Assembly: GCA_048887225.1 (NCBI GenBank)
Contig: JBHLJY010000008.1
Coordinates: 32,001-96,000, forward strand
DNA: 64,000 nucleotides
Direction: 5' to 3'
Source: Candidatus Hodarchaeota archaeon
Lineage (GTDB): Archaea; Asgardarchaeota; Lokiarchaeia; Sigyniarchaeales; SOKP01
The position numbers and the translations under genes are program-made. Below are positions 10,576-21,257 of this stretch, piece after piece; the stretch's first letter is position 1, and every line of letters starts with the position of its first letter. The notes beneath the pieces were generated by a model. The model ran no database searches, had not been told where the DNA came from, and saw nothing but the letters and a program-made list of their open reading frames with translations.

Positions 10576-12900
10576 ATGTATCTATTTAAAGACCAAGAAG
10601 AAGTAGAAATCTCTATTAATTGCAAATTATGTTTAAAAGAAATTAAATTCAAAATATCAGTTGAGGAATATAAAAATATAACCAAATTCCCCATTAAAAA
10701 AGAAAGTGTTCATGGAACTCCTCAACATCGACTAGTTGCGTATATTAGTAAGAATCTAGATATCGAAAATTTTAAAATAGAAGAAATGGAACTAGAAGAA
10801 GAAAAATCAACTTACGATGAGGAAGTAACACGGCAAGTATTAAGTAACCTTGAATTATCTGATGAAGAAATAGAGTTATATCTTCGAATTACGGGGCGAG
10901 ATGCAGTTTCTCTTGGCGAATTAGCGCTCTTAGCTGATAAGACTAAAGAAGATACCGAAAGAATGGCAGAACGTTTTGTTGAAAAAGGTTTATTTAAAGA
11001 AATTGTTGGAGCTACACCTCATTTTACTCCATTACCTCCATACGCAGCATTGGTTAGCCAATTAGAAACTTTTCGTACTTATATTACAGATCTTAAAGAA
11101 CAAGCACCTGCCGAATTAAATGAGTCATTTTCTCAACTTGAAGCACAAGCTGAAGGTATCAAAAATATTAAAGACTATACAGATTTCATGAATCAATTAA
11201 AACAAGACACACTATCAGACATTTTAACTCATAGGAAAAAATTTGATCAAACAGCTTCAGTAATAGAAGAAATTGTTGGACTTCAAGATTTTATAACTAA
11301 TCTAGAAAGTGAAGCAAGAAATATTATGGATAGCCAGACAGAGGTATTAACAAAACAATTTGATGAGCTTGGTAATAAAATATCACAAAGTATGGATCGT
11401 CAAGTTGAAGATCTAACAGCTCAATTTGATAAAATCAATACACAAATAAGTAACATTGTATTAACTCAAATTGATAATTTTAAAAATCAATTTAATGATA
11501 TGAAAGAAAGAATTTCAAATAATCTGCAAAAACTACGTCTAGGCGTGCTTCAACAAGCCGTTGATCAAGTAATCGAGACGAGCTTTACAGAATGGCTAAA
11601 TAAAATAACTGAAAATCTAAATGCGCAATTGAATGAAATCCAGAAAGCTTCTAAAGATGGATTAGTAAAAACAAAGATAAGCCTCAATAGGCAATTAGAC
11701 GAAATTCAAAGAGTTCAAAATGAGGGAATAGTAAACACAACTGATAAGTTTAATACAGAATTAATTTCGAAATTAAAAGAATCAATTGACAGTACTGTTA
11801 ATAATATCAAAGGAATTACTACAACAACGGCTCAGTCTGGAGATGCTGTAAAACAGCTTTTTGGGGAAATAAGTAAAAATTTTAGTAAAGCTGTAACAAT
11901 GGCGGAGGAAAAGCTTGGTGGAATGTCGGAAAATGTATTCGAGTCTTTTGATAATTTAAGAGAAACATTTTCGTCAAAAATAGTTGAATCGTTAAGCAAT
12001 ATTTTAAACGATATCATAGATAGGCTACAAATGAGTGAATTGGCTACAAAACAATTCTGGGACCAAGCTGTATCAGGGGTCGCAGGCGCTGCAGCATTAA
12101 CTATGAAAGATATATGGTTTATACGCTCTATTGAAGGAGCAAAAGCTCATGTTAACGACGAAATATCACAAGCTAAAATGAGGGTGTTGATCGTTGCCCC
12201 TCAAATAACAGATATAAATATTGATTCAATCAAAGCATGCAAACAACATGTAAATATTAGAATTGCTACGAGTTCTGATTTATCTAATCCAGAACATATT
12301 TCAATATTGGGAGAATTATCTGAAATGCCAAATGTTTCCGTTAGAAATCGTAAATTACAAAATTTATGGGGGATAAATAGGGATTACGAAGAAGTTGTAC
12401 TATGTGTTATCTCAAAAACAGAGTCTGGAACAGAAATTGCTGGTATTGGAAGTATAATTCAGGAACATATAAAGATATTTGTTCCCATCTTAGAAGATGC
12501 GTGGATTGGCGCTCAAAAAGGATTCGCTCCTCCTATGACAACATCCCAATCAAGTGGATCAGGTGAACTCACAGAAGAAAAAGTAGCGGCTCCAGAAATT
12601 GAGGAAGTAGAAAAACCAGAAAGTGCAATTTCTGATGTTGAAGCTTTCGAAGGAGCATCTTTAACAGAACAAATTGATGCTTTATTAAAAACTGTCGATA
12701 AAATTACTGGGACAAAAATAGCATCAAAATTAGAAATAATCAAAAATAATATTGAGAGCCAAAAGGGATTTTCAGTAGTTCTTACCCCAATTAACTTAGC
12801 TATTGCTACTTACAAATATGAAGATAATATATTAAGTTCAGAAGAGTTAGAAGAGTTAAAAACTAAACTAAATTTTTGGCGTAAAAAACTTAATATCTAA
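10576..12900 (+). CDS. TrmB-like regulator: CxxC/His N-terminal domain, wHTH, long helical linker, PLD-like effector domain
   Basis: CKLC...HGTPQH; LELSDEEIELYL...FVEKGLF...PLPP TrmB-type HTH; AKMRVLIVAP...RDYEEVVL PLD-like fold; RBS GAGGTG upstream. Confidence 0.6.
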   Translation: MYLFKDQEEVEISINCKLCLKEIKFKISVEEYKNITKFPIKKESVHGTPQHRLVAYISKNLDIENFKIEEMELEEEKSTYDEEVTRQVLSNLELSDEEIELYLRITGRDAVSLGELALLADKTKEDTERMAERFVEKGLFKEIVGATPHFTPLPPYAALVSQLETFRTYITDLKEQAPAELNESFSQLEAQAEGIKNIKDYTDFMNQLKQDTLSDILTHRKKFDQTASVIEEIVGLQDFITNLESEARNIMDSQTEVLTKQFDELGNKISQSMDRQVEDLTAQFDKINTQISNIVLTQIDNFKNQFNDMKERISNNLQKLRLGVLQQAVDQVIETSFTEWLNKITENLNAQLNEIQKASKDGLVKTKISLNRQLDEIQRVQNEGIVNTTDKFNTELISKLKESIDSTVNNIKGITTTTAQSGDAVKQLFGEISKNFSKAVTMAEEKLGGMSENVFESFDNLRETFSSKIVESLSNILNDIIDRLQMSELATKQFWDQAVSGVAGAAALTMKDIWFIRSIEGAKAHVNDEISQAKMRVLIVAPQITDINIDSIKACKQHVNIRIATSSDLSNPEHISILGELSEMPNVSVRNRKLQNLWGINRDYEEVVLCVISKTESGTEIAGIGSIIQEHIKIFVPILEDAWIGAQKGFAPPMTTSQSSGSGELTEEKVAAPEIEEVEKPESAISDVEAFEGASLTEQIDALLKTVDKITGTKIASKLEIIKNNIESQKGFSVVLTPINLAIATYKYEDNILSSEELEELKTKLNFWRKKLNI

Positions 12901-12989
12901 ATATCTTTTTTTTCTGTTCGAGGGTAATTCTTTCTAGTTTAGATTTAAAATAAAATATTTATTATTTTATTTTTAATTATTTTGTTTGT

Positions 12990-13985
12990 ATGACTCAAAG
13001 AATCATAACTGTAGAGACAGGGAAAATCAACGATTATTTGCATCACATAGATTTGAAAGAATTTGGAACACGAAGGATTTTATCTTCATTTATTGGAGAA
13101 TTCGATAATTTTTCGGTAATTATTGATAGTGGTTCTTCCCTTGAGGTTAAAAGGCTTATAAGATATGCTAAAAAAAACCAAATTCCTTTGTCATCATTTA
13201 AATATTTCATTACAACTCACCATCATTTCGATCATAATGGAGGAATGTGGAAACTTTACGAATTGATAAAAAAACATAATCCTAATGTGAAAATTATAAC
13301 AAATCAAAAGACTAAGGAATTGCTAAACGATTATGAATATCATCTCAACCGAGCAAAAAGCACCTTTGGAAATAATATTGGTGAAATGAGACCGATCGAA
13401 AAATCAGCTTTTAATATAATAGAACCAACAATAAATTTTAGTTCAAGTCCGAATTCTATTGAAACTATTGATACTTTTAGTTTGAATGGAAAAGAAATAA
13501 AATTATCTATATTAAAAACACCAGGTCATACTCCTGATCATCAATGTCCATTATTCATTAAAGATGGTGAAATTGACTTCATAGGTTTTGGAGAGGCCGT
13601 AGGTACTTTATATCACTCTACTAAGCTATTAACAATGCCTACATCAATGCCAGTCTATTTTCAATATAAAGAATATATGGAAACTCTTGAAAAATTGAAA
13701 AAATTACATCCCATAAAAGCTGGCTTCGGTCATTTCGGTGTTGTCAGCGGAAAAGCCAATGTTCGTGAAATTTTATTCGAACACGAATCTTTTATGAAAG
13801 AATATAGGGCTAAAATAATAAAATATTACGAACAAAAACCCGAAACAAGGTATGTAGTTAAAAGAATTCTTCCCTTTTTGGTTCATAGGACTGATTTAAT
13901 GGGTGGAGACAACCCAGTCCTTAGAAATATTATATTAGCTATAGTCTACGGTATGATGGTGGACTTAGGATATAGAAATATCTAA
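12990..13985 (+). CDS. Metallo-beta-lactamase-fold hydrolase
   Basis: THHHFDHNGG, TPGHTPDH and GHFG motifs. Confidence 0.85.
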   Translation: MTQRIITVETGKINDYLHHIDLKEFGTRRILSSFIGEFDNFSVIIDSGSSLEVKRLIRYAKKNQIPLSSFKYFITTHHHFDHNGGMWKLYELIKKHNPNVKIITNQKTKELLNDYEYHLNRAKSTFGNNIGEMRPIEKSAFNIIEPTINFSSSPNSIETIDTFSLNGKEIKLSILKTPGHTPDHQCPLFIKDGEIDFIGFGEAVGTLYHSTKLLTMPTSMPVYFQYKEYMETLEKLKKLHPIKAGFGHFGVVSGKANVREILFEHESFMKEYRAKIIKYYEQKPETRYVVKRILPFLVHRTDLMGGDNPVLRNIILAIVYGMMVDLGYRNI

Positions 13986-14045
13986 TTTTTAGTTTGAATG
14001 TTTAATTCAAAAACTTCTAATTTCAAGAATTTTTAACCTTTTATA

Positions 14046-15245
14046 ATGGATCAGAATATTGAAGAATTCGATTTAGTTATAATCGGCGGCAGTATTGCCG
14101 GTAATTATCTTACATATTTATTATCAAAATCCAATTTAAAAATAGCTGTGATTGAAGAGCACAATCAAATTGGGTTACCATTTCAATGTGCTGGTATTGT
14201 ATCGCAAAAATTAGGACAATTAATTAATCTTCCCGAAGAAATTGTTTTAAATCGTGTAAATGTTGCAAAAATTGTTGCTCCTTCCAGAAAATTTATAAAA
14301 TTATCTGGAAATGAACAACCCCTCATCATTGACAGGATTGCTTTAGACCAATTATTTTATGAAAAAATTAGAAATAATGATAATATTACTTATTTTCTTG
14401 GAGAGAAATTCAAATTATTAAAATATTTCATAGAAAATCAACAAAAACTTATTTTTGTGGAAACAAACAAAAGGGTATTAAAAGCAAGGATTTTGGTTGG
14501 ATGCGACGGCCCTCTCTCTTTAGTAGCAAGCTCTTTTGGAATTAGAAATAAACTTCTATATGGAACTCAAATTAGAATAAAAGGCAACTTTGATCAAAAA
14601 GAAGCAGTAATGTTCTTTGATCCTCGCTGGAAAGAATTATTTGGGTGGATAGTATCAGAAGGAAGCAACAATATATATAGAATTGGACTTTCATCTGCTA
14701 AGAATATAAATATAAATTTTAAGATTTTCTTAAATATGCTCCCTATCATTAGCGATGAAAAAATTGATCAGCAAGGCGGATTAATACCTTATGGAATTAT
14801 GAACAAATTAGCATTTGATAATGCTTTACTATTAGGGGATTCTGCATGTCAAGTAAAAGCTACAACAGGAGGAGGAATAGTTATGCTATTAATAGCAGCG
14901 AAATATGCGTGTTATTGCATTCAAAATTGCTTTAAATCCAATAAATTTTCAAAGAGATTTATTAAAAAATATTATGAAAAACCTTGTCGTGCGTCGATTG
15001 GTAAACAACTAATAACTCATTACTTAATAAGACAACTTTTTGAAAACTTTAGTAATAAGGATTATGAAAATTTGTTTCAGATTGTTAAAACCAATAAAAT
15101 CGAAAAATTAATATCTTTATATGGAGATATGGATTTCCCAAGAAGTCTATTAATTAAATTGTTAAAAAATTCAAAAATAATAAAATTCTTAATTCGATTG
15201 TTAATAAAAAAACCTTTTCTTGTTTTAAAACTAATCAAGTTATAA
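14046..15245 (+). CDS. Geranylgeranyl reductase family FAD-dependent oxidoreductase
   Basis: IIGGSIAG, PFQCAG, GCDGP, LLLGDSACQVKATTGGGI motifs. Confidence 0.85.
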   Translation: MDQNIEEFDLVIIGGSIAGNYLTYLLSKSNLKIAVIEEHNQIGLPFQCAGIVSQKLGQLINLPEEIVLNRVNVAKIVAPSRKFIKLSGNEQPLIIDRIALDQLFYEKIRNNDNITYFLGEKFKLLKYFIENQQKLIFVETNKRVLKARILVGCDGPLSLVASSFGIRNKLLYGTQIRIKGNFDQKEAVMFFDPRWKELFGWIVSEGSNNIYRIGLSSAKNININFKIFLNMLPIISDEKIDQQGGLIPYGIMNKLAFDNALLLGDSACQVKATTGGGIVMLLIAAKYACYCIQNCFKSNKFSKRFIKKYYEKPCRASIGKQLITHYLIRQLFENFSNKDYENLFQIVKTNKIEKLISLYGDMDFPRSLLIKLLKNSKIIKFLIRLLIKKPFLVLKLIKL

Positions 15246-15246
15246 T

Positions 15247-15633
15247 TTATCTATATGGAGAGCCCCACGTAAAAATCGGAATATGCCCAAACAAGAAATA
15301 CCAAACTACAAAAAAAGAAACAATAATAATGTCAACAACAAGGCCAAATCCTTTAACACCTTTAGGAATACCTAAACCTTCCTTATTTCGACATTGTACA
15401 ATGGCACGTACTCCTGCTACTAAATAAATCAGAGCAACTAAAAGAGAAACAATATATAAAAAAATCGCAAACAATGCAAAAGTATAAATTGGTCTTCCTT
15501 CTGGATCAACTAGTATATTTAACAATGTCCAATATTCAAATATTAAATAGGATGGAATGGCGATAAAGATAATTGCTGATAAAAAGAAAGCCAAGCTCCA
15601 AAGGATACCTTTTAATGCCATTTTAACATCCAA
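15247..15633 (-). CDS. Small 3-TM membrane protein
   Basis: Three hydrophobic segments; no recognisable family. Confidence 0.6.
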   Translation of the reverse strand: MDVKMALKGILWSLAFFLSAIIFIAIPSYLIFEYWTLLNILVDPEGRPIYTFALFAIFLYIVSLLVALIYLVAGVRAIVQCRNKEGLGIPKGVKGFGLVVDIIIVSFFVVWYFLFGHIPIFTWGSPYR

Positions 15634-15719
15634 TTAACATCTTATTATTTTTATTTAGTATATTCTTGATTATTTATAAGATTTGTTAGCGAATGAATTC
15701 TGAGCTCTTAGAAGCAGAT

Positions 15720-16232
15720 TTATTGAGGTTGAAAATCCTCATTTAATATAATCATTGTTGCGAGTTTTGCAGCATTTCCAACTAAATCAGGACAATAATC
15801 CATTAATCCACCAGGAGCCATAGCTGCTGCAATATCATCAGGTTCCCACATATCATATGCCCTCCCTGTAAAAGATACCTGCAAATTTTCACAACGACAC
15901 GTTCCATATTTTTCAACAAACTGAAAATGTAATTTCTTGACAAGTTCATAAGATTTAAAGGGTTTTAATGGGTTTTTAAAATCTGAATGGTCTCTCCCGA
16001 ATAAATAACTTATTACCATGGATGCACCAACAAGGGCACCACACGCACCATCTCTGGTTAATCCTAATCCATCAGCTAATCCACTCGCTGATTTGAAAAC
16101 ACTCTCATCCCAAATACCTAATGCTTCGAAAATAGCAGCAATAACGCATTGGGCGCATCCTGTACATTCTGCTTCGTACTTTTTTCCAAGTTCGAAGGCT
16201 TTATTCAAAATTGAGTCTTTTGATTCTGCCAT
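15720..16232 (-). CDS. C-GCAxxG-C-C family putative redox protein
   Basis: GCAQC, GACGALVG, GTCRC and C-terminal Cys. Confidence 0.85.
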   Translation of the reverse strand: MAESKDSILNKAFELGKKYEAECTGCAQCVIAAIFEALGIWDESVFKSASGLADGLGLTRDGACGALVGASMVISYLFGRDHSDFKNPLKPFKSYELVKKLHFQFVEKYGTCRCENLQVSFTGRAYDMWEPDDIAAAMAPGGLMDYCPDLVGNAAKLATMIILNEDFQPQ

Positions 16233-16323
16233 TTTTCTTCATTTTAAATAGATATTGGTAAAATATATAATCTGGTTATTGATTAAATTTATTAAATTTA
16301 TTAAATATATATAGGTTTTTAAA

Positions 16324-17472
16324 TTGAATTTTGAACTTACGGAACAACAACAACTTGTTAGACGAAGTGTAAGAAAATTTGCTGAAGAAATTCTAGCACC
16401 AGCAGCCCCTATATTTGACCGTGAAGCCCAATATAGTTGGGATATTATAAATGAATTATCTAAAATAAATGCTTTTGGTATTCAACTTCCAGAAAAGTAT
16501 GGAGGTGCTGATTTAGATAATATTAGTTATGCAATTACTATTGAAGAAATTTCACGTGTATGTGCATCAACTGGACTAATGTTGTCTGTTCATAATTCTG
16601 TAGGAGCTTATCCCATTTATAAATGGGGAACAGAAGAACAGAAGGAAAAGTATTTATACGACATTGCTCATGGAAAAAAAATTTCGGGTTTTTCTTGGAC
16701 GGAACCAAACGCAGGATCAGATGCGCAAGGAATTGAATGTACTATGGTTCAGGATGGAAATGACTTTATTTTAAACGGTTCAAAAATATTCGTGACTAAC
16801 GGTGCTATAGGGTCAGTTTTATTAATTGGAACGAGATATAAAACTAACGATGGTCAAAAAGGGATAGCAACTGTAATCCTTGAGAAAGATATGAAAGGAT
16901 ATGAAATAGGGCAACCTGAAGATAAATTGGGTGTCCGAGGGAATATTACTACAAGCTTATATTTTCATGATATTCTGATTCCCAAAGAAAATGTATTAGG
17001 TTCTCTTGACGATGGATTTAGAATTGCAATGCGAACTTTAGATGTAGGAAGAATTGGCATTGCTGCTCAAGCATTAGGAATAGCACAAGCTGCTTACGAA
17101 CATTCTGTAGAGTATTCACAGGGAAGAATTCAATTTAAAAGACCTATTTCGCAGTTTCAAGGTATATCATTTAAGCTAGCTGAGATGTCAACTAAAATTG
17201 ATGCTGCAAGACTGTTAATTTATAGGGCGTCATATATGAAAGATAAAAAAAAGAGATTTTCAAAAGAGTCTGCGATGTGTAAATACTTTGCAAGCAAAAT
17301 TGCCCGTCAGGTGACTCAAGAAGCTATTCAAATTCACGGGGGATACGGTTATATGAAAGATTTACCACTCGAAAGATATTATAGGGATGCGGCTGCAACC
17401 ACAATATACGAAGGGACGAGTGAGATAATGAAATTAATAATTGCTCAGCAGATCTTAAGAGGCAATTTGTAG
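16324..17472 (+). CDS. Acyl-CoA dehydrogenase (butyryl-CoA dehydrogenase-like)
   Basis: TEPNAGSDA, NGSKIFVTNG, RIQFKRPI, QIHGGYGY, IYEGTSEI. Confidence 0.92.
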   Translation: MNFELTEQQQLVRRSVRKFAEEILAPAAPIFDREAQYSWDIINELSKINAFGIQLPEKYGGADLDNISYAITIEEISRVCASTGLMLSVHNSVGAYPIYKWGTEEQKEKYLYDIAHGKKISGFSWTEPNAGSDAQGIECTMVQDGNDFILNGSKIFVTNGAIGSVLLIGTRYKTNDGQKGIATVILEKDMKGYEIGQPEDKLGVRGNITTSLYFHDILIPKENVLGSLDDGFRIAMRTLDVGRIGIAAQALGIAQAAYEHSVEYSQGRIQFKRPISQFQGISFKLAEMSTKIDAARLLIYRASYMKDKKKRFSKESAMCKYFASKIARQVTQEAIQIHGGYGYMKDLPLERYYRDAAATTIYEGTSEIMKLIIAQQILRGNL

Positions 17473-17524
17473 CATTTACAAATGAATTAAATTAGCTAAC
17501 AAGTCATACGAGGAAAAATTTTAT

Positions 17525-18334
17525 ATGCTCAATATATTTGTTTTAATAAAACAAGTTCCAAGCCTTCATAATCTCGAAATTGACCAAAGAACTGGAACAT
17601 TAATTCGTGAAGGTGTTAAAAATATTATTAATCCCGACGATTTATATAGTTTAGAGTTAGGTCTTAGTTTAAAAGAGCAATATGGAGGGGAAATCACTAT
17701 TATGACCATGGGACCTCCGCAAGCGGAATTTGCTTTAAGAGAATGCTTGGCAATGGGTGCTGATAAAGCTATTTTAATAACTGATGAGCAATTTTCTTAT
17801 TCAGATACTCTTCAAACGACTTTAGTTCTGAAAGAGGCATTTGATAAGATAAAGAATTACGATATAATTATTACTGGAAGCCAAACTTCCGATTCAAGCA
17901 CAGGACAAGTACCTTTTCAATTATCTGAAGCATTAGATATACCCTTAATTACAGATATTTTTACCATGGAGATAGAAAATAATCTTTTTAAATGTCATAG
18001 AAATTTTGGACATGAATCTCAAAATATATCCGTAGAACTACCAATCTTAATACGTGTTAGAAGACATTTTAACGATCCTCGACATATCTCCTTATCTGGA
18101 ATAAAAAAGGCATTTGAGAAGAAAATTGAAATTTACGACTTTAATACATTTAATTGTCCTGAATATCTCGATGGATGTAATAAATCCCCCACAGCAGTCG
18201 TTAGGACAGAAAGAATTGTTCTTAAAAGAAAGAATGAAATTATTGAAGGAAATATCAATGAAAAGATTCAAAAGTTAATAAAGATCATGCAAGAACATGG
18301 AATCGAAAGGATATGGACTGGGGAACAAGTATAA
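17525..18334 (+). CDS. etfB: Electron transfer flavoprotein beta subunit
   Basis: IKQVP, INPDD, TMGPPQA, AMGADKA, GSQTSDSSTGQVP. Confidence 0.92.
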   Translation: MLNIFVLIKQVPSLHNLEIDQRTGTLIREGVKNIINPDDLYSLELGLSLKEQYGGEITIMTMGPPQAEFALRECLAMGADKAILITDEQFSYSDTLQTTLVLKEAFDKIKNYDIIITGSQTSDSSTGQVPFQLSEALDIPLITDIFTMEIENNLFKCHRNFGHESQNISVELPILIRVRRHFNDPRHISLSGIKKAFEKKIEIYDFNTFNCPEYLDGCNKSPTAVVRTERIVLKRKNEIIEGNINEKIQKLIKIMQEHGIERIWTGEQV

Positions 18335-18352
18335 TAAGGAGATTGAGAGAAA

Positions 18353-19360
18353 ATGAGTAATTTAAGTGAATATAAAGATGTGTGGGTTTTTACAGAAATA
18401 AAAGATCATGTTGAGGTCCATGAATGTTCATTGCAGATTTTAGGAAAAGCAAGAGAAATTGCTGATAAATTAGAACAAAAGCTTGTAGCCATTGTAGTAG
18501 CTTTAGATGCAGAACAATATCTCCCAGTTATTGAGGAAAATGGTGTTGATAAAATTATATATTTAAGTCATCAAGATTTAAAGCATTATCACGAGCGCAT
18601 TTTCACAGATTTAGTATATGACATTGTTGAAAAACATAAACCTTCTATATTTTTATTTCCCTCTACGGAAGCAGGAAACGCTTTAGCAGCACGATTAGCT
18701 TATCGATTACGTACTGGATTAGTAAGTTCAGTCTTAGATTTAGAATTAAGTGATGAATTTGGAAATAATTTATTAATAGGAGATAAGCCAGCCTATTTAG
18801 GAAATGTTGTTGCACAAATAATTTGTCCCAATACGAGACCACAGATGTGTACAGTTACTTTAGGTACATTTCAAAAGAAGCAATTAAAGAAAGATAATGT
18901 TGAAATTGAGAAAGTTGAATATGAATATGATAAAAACAATATAAAAATTAAAATCATTGGTGCTCCAACTCGAAAGGACAAACCTACAGCTACTCTATCT
19001 GATGCTAAATTTGTAATCGGAGGTGGCCATGGATTAGTATCAAAGGATAATTTCGATAAATTAAATGAACTTGCTAATTTGACAAATGGACAGGTGGGAG
19101 GTACTCGGAGGCCAATTCTTGATGGGTGGATGCCGGAGCATTTACAGATTGGAATAAGTGGAGAGACGATATTTTCAGATTTATATTTAGCATTTGGAAT
19201 ATCTGGAGCAATCCAACATATTGTAGGCATAACTGACTCAAAAACAATTATAGCAATTAATAAAGATCCAAATGCCCCAATTTTTAAAGTTGCTGATTAT
19301 TGCGTTATTGGAGATACTAACGAGATTTTGGAAGGTTTGCTGAACTATTTTAGAATTTAA
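18353..19360 (+). CDS. etfA: Electron transfer flavoprotein alpha subunit
   Basis: RPQMCTV, QIGISG, GISGAIQHIVG, AINKDPNAPIF. Confidence 0.92.
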   Translation: MSNLSEYKDVWVFTEIKDHVEVHECSLQILGKAREIADKLEQKLVAIVVALDAEQYLPVIEENGVDKIIYLSHQDLKHYHERIFTDLVYDIVEKHKPSIFLFPSTEAGNALAARLAYRLRTGLVSSVLDLELSDEFGNNLLIGDKPAYLGNVVAQIICPNTRPQMCTVTLGTFQKKQLKKDNVEIEKVEYEYDKNNIKIKIIGAPTRKDKPTATLSDAKFVIGGGHGLVSKDNFDKLNELANLTNGQVGGTRRPILDGWMPEHLQIGISGETIFSDLYLAFGISGAIQHIVGITDSKTIIAINKDPNAPIFKVADYCVIGDTNEILEGLLNYFRI

Positions 19361-19446
19361 AAAAAGAGATTAATCCTCATTTTCAGGAATATTTCCTTTA
19401 ATTTTAGCGTTAAATAGAGTAGCTCTGTATACAAAAAGAGGGTAAA

Positions 19447-21123
19447 TTAAAATATAATACTTAAACCTGACGTGAGAGGACTTAATGTACATATAATTAA
19501 GATAAAAAACACGGTGTTCACTATGGCGCCAGATAATATATTTCTAGTTTTCTGATATAAAAGAGCCGAAATAAAAACAGATAATAAAAACATTGGCACT
19601 GCGAAATATAAAAACATTATATAAAAGAAATTCCCTAACAAAACACAGATAATTAAAATATAAGAAATAAAATATACCATTACAATAACATAGTGTAATA
19701 ATGCCGCCTTAAATAGATTTCTAAGCCCTTTCTCAAATTTTACTTGGATGATAGCTTGAAAGAGTATACTGAATATTATGAACATAAAAAAGCCGATGGC
19801 AAAATATATTGGGATCCATAGAAATTTGTTTAGTGAGGGAATAATTCCTAAATAATTTAATCCAATTGAGAGATATAGTATTGTGTATAATATCGATGCA
19901 ATAATCGCTCCTAATGCAATTTGTCTAAATAAATCCTCTCGCTTAACTCTAAATGGTTTTATAAGAATTTCTTTAATTGATAATTTGTTTTTTTTCCCAA
20001 TTCTCCATAATAAAATGAATATGCCAAATGCTTGTCCAAATAAAATTGCAATCGATAATCCTGCGGTGGATAATGGCAAAAACAGAAAAATCGTTAATAA
20101 TATAATAAACATTCCCGGAATTGCTAAAGCTATTGAATAGATAATTGTTTTTAGCGATAATGTCGTTATTGTTTCATCTTCCGTTTTTATTTCAAAAAGA
20201 TCCTCTTCTTTCAACTTAGCAATTAAATTTGAGAGTGGTTTTATGATTAGAAAGAAAAATCCAACACCACCAATGAGTTGCATAATTAAAAATAGAGCCC
20301 TTAAATTTGCATAAAAATCTTCTTCTATAGGATCTATATCAGGAAATGTGTTAATAACCCAATCTCTTGCTTCTCGTAAAAAATCTTGATCATATGCTGT
20401 CGCAAAATGGTCTGAATTGTCATCATAAAACAACTTTGTAGCATTCCCATCTTCGAAACTTCCATATAATTTGTTTACATTGACATCTTCCTCGTCTATA
20501 TTTAGTCTTTCTGCAATTTCTTCTTTCCTACCTTTAAGATTGAACGCTTGATCATATTTCGCTAAAATCATAAGAATATTTAAATATCTATTTTTACAAT
20601 CTTCATAATCTAAGCCTAAACTCGTTCCGATTCCAATAAAACATTTGAAATCATAATCATCTTTAATAATATCATTTCCAGCTAAACCACCCATAGAATA
20701 ACCAATATAACCATAATTGTCATTATCTATATCTCCTCTATCATTTAAAAATTTTTTTACTGCTTTTATATCATTTTTTAATTTGTTTCTTTCTAATTCC
20801 CCAGTACTTAATCCATGACCTCTAAAATCACATGATACTACAAAAAATCCCGAAGAGGCCAATTCAATAGCGTAACTTTTTAACATCTCTTTATTTACCA
20901 TTATCCCATGTCCAATTATTATGGCTTTCATCTTCTTATCACCATTAATTGGTTGATATGTGTTAAACGAAATTTGTACGTTATCTTTTGTCTCTACCAT
21001 TAGATTATATCTAATTTTAATATTTGAAGGTGTAATAAAAATAAGAATGGTTCCAGAAACGAAAATCAAGAAAAAAATAGAGATTAGAATTATTCTTTTT
21101 ATATCTAATTCCTTTAGATTCAT
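19447..21123 (-). CDS. Alpha/beta hydrolase with multi-pass C-terminal membrane domain
   Basis: HG, DFRGHG, GYSMG nucleophile elbow, later Asp/His; about 8 C-terminal TM helices. Confidence 0.8.
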   Translation of the reverse strand: MNLKELDIKRIILISIFFLIFVSGTILIFITPSNIKIRYNLMVETKDNVQISFNTYQPINGDKKMKAIIIGHGIMVNKEMLKSYAIELASSGFFVVSCDFRGHGLSTGELERNKLKNDIKAVKKFLNDRGDIDNDNYGYIGYSMGGLAGNDIIKDDYDFKCFIGIGTSLGLDYEDCKNRYLNILMILAKYDQAFNLKGRKEEIAERLNIDEEDVNVNKLYGSFEDGNATKLFYDDNSDHFATAYDQDFLREARDWVINTFPDIDPIEEDFYANLRALFLIMQLIGGVGFFFLIIKPLSNLIAKLKEEDLFEIKTEDETITTLSLKTIIYSIALAIPGMFIILLTIFLFLPLSTAGLSIAILFGQAFGIFILLWRIGKKNKLSIKEILIKPFRVKREDLFRQIALGAIIASILYTILYLSIGLNYLGIIPSLNKFLWIPIYFAIGFFMFIIFSILFQAIIQVKFEKGLRNLFKAALLHYVIVMVYFISYILIICVLLGNFFYIMFLYFAVPMFLLSVFISALLYQKTRNILSGAIVNTVFFILIICTLSPLTSGLSIIF

Positions 21124-21257
21124 AAAGAATTTCTCTTAGAATTAAAGTTAAGAAGTAATAATAAGTATTTAAGCATTTGATTTAAAAATTAACAATTTTT
21201 TATAAGCAAGTTAGTTTGTAAAAAAAGAAATTGAATATTAGGATAAAATAAAATTGA

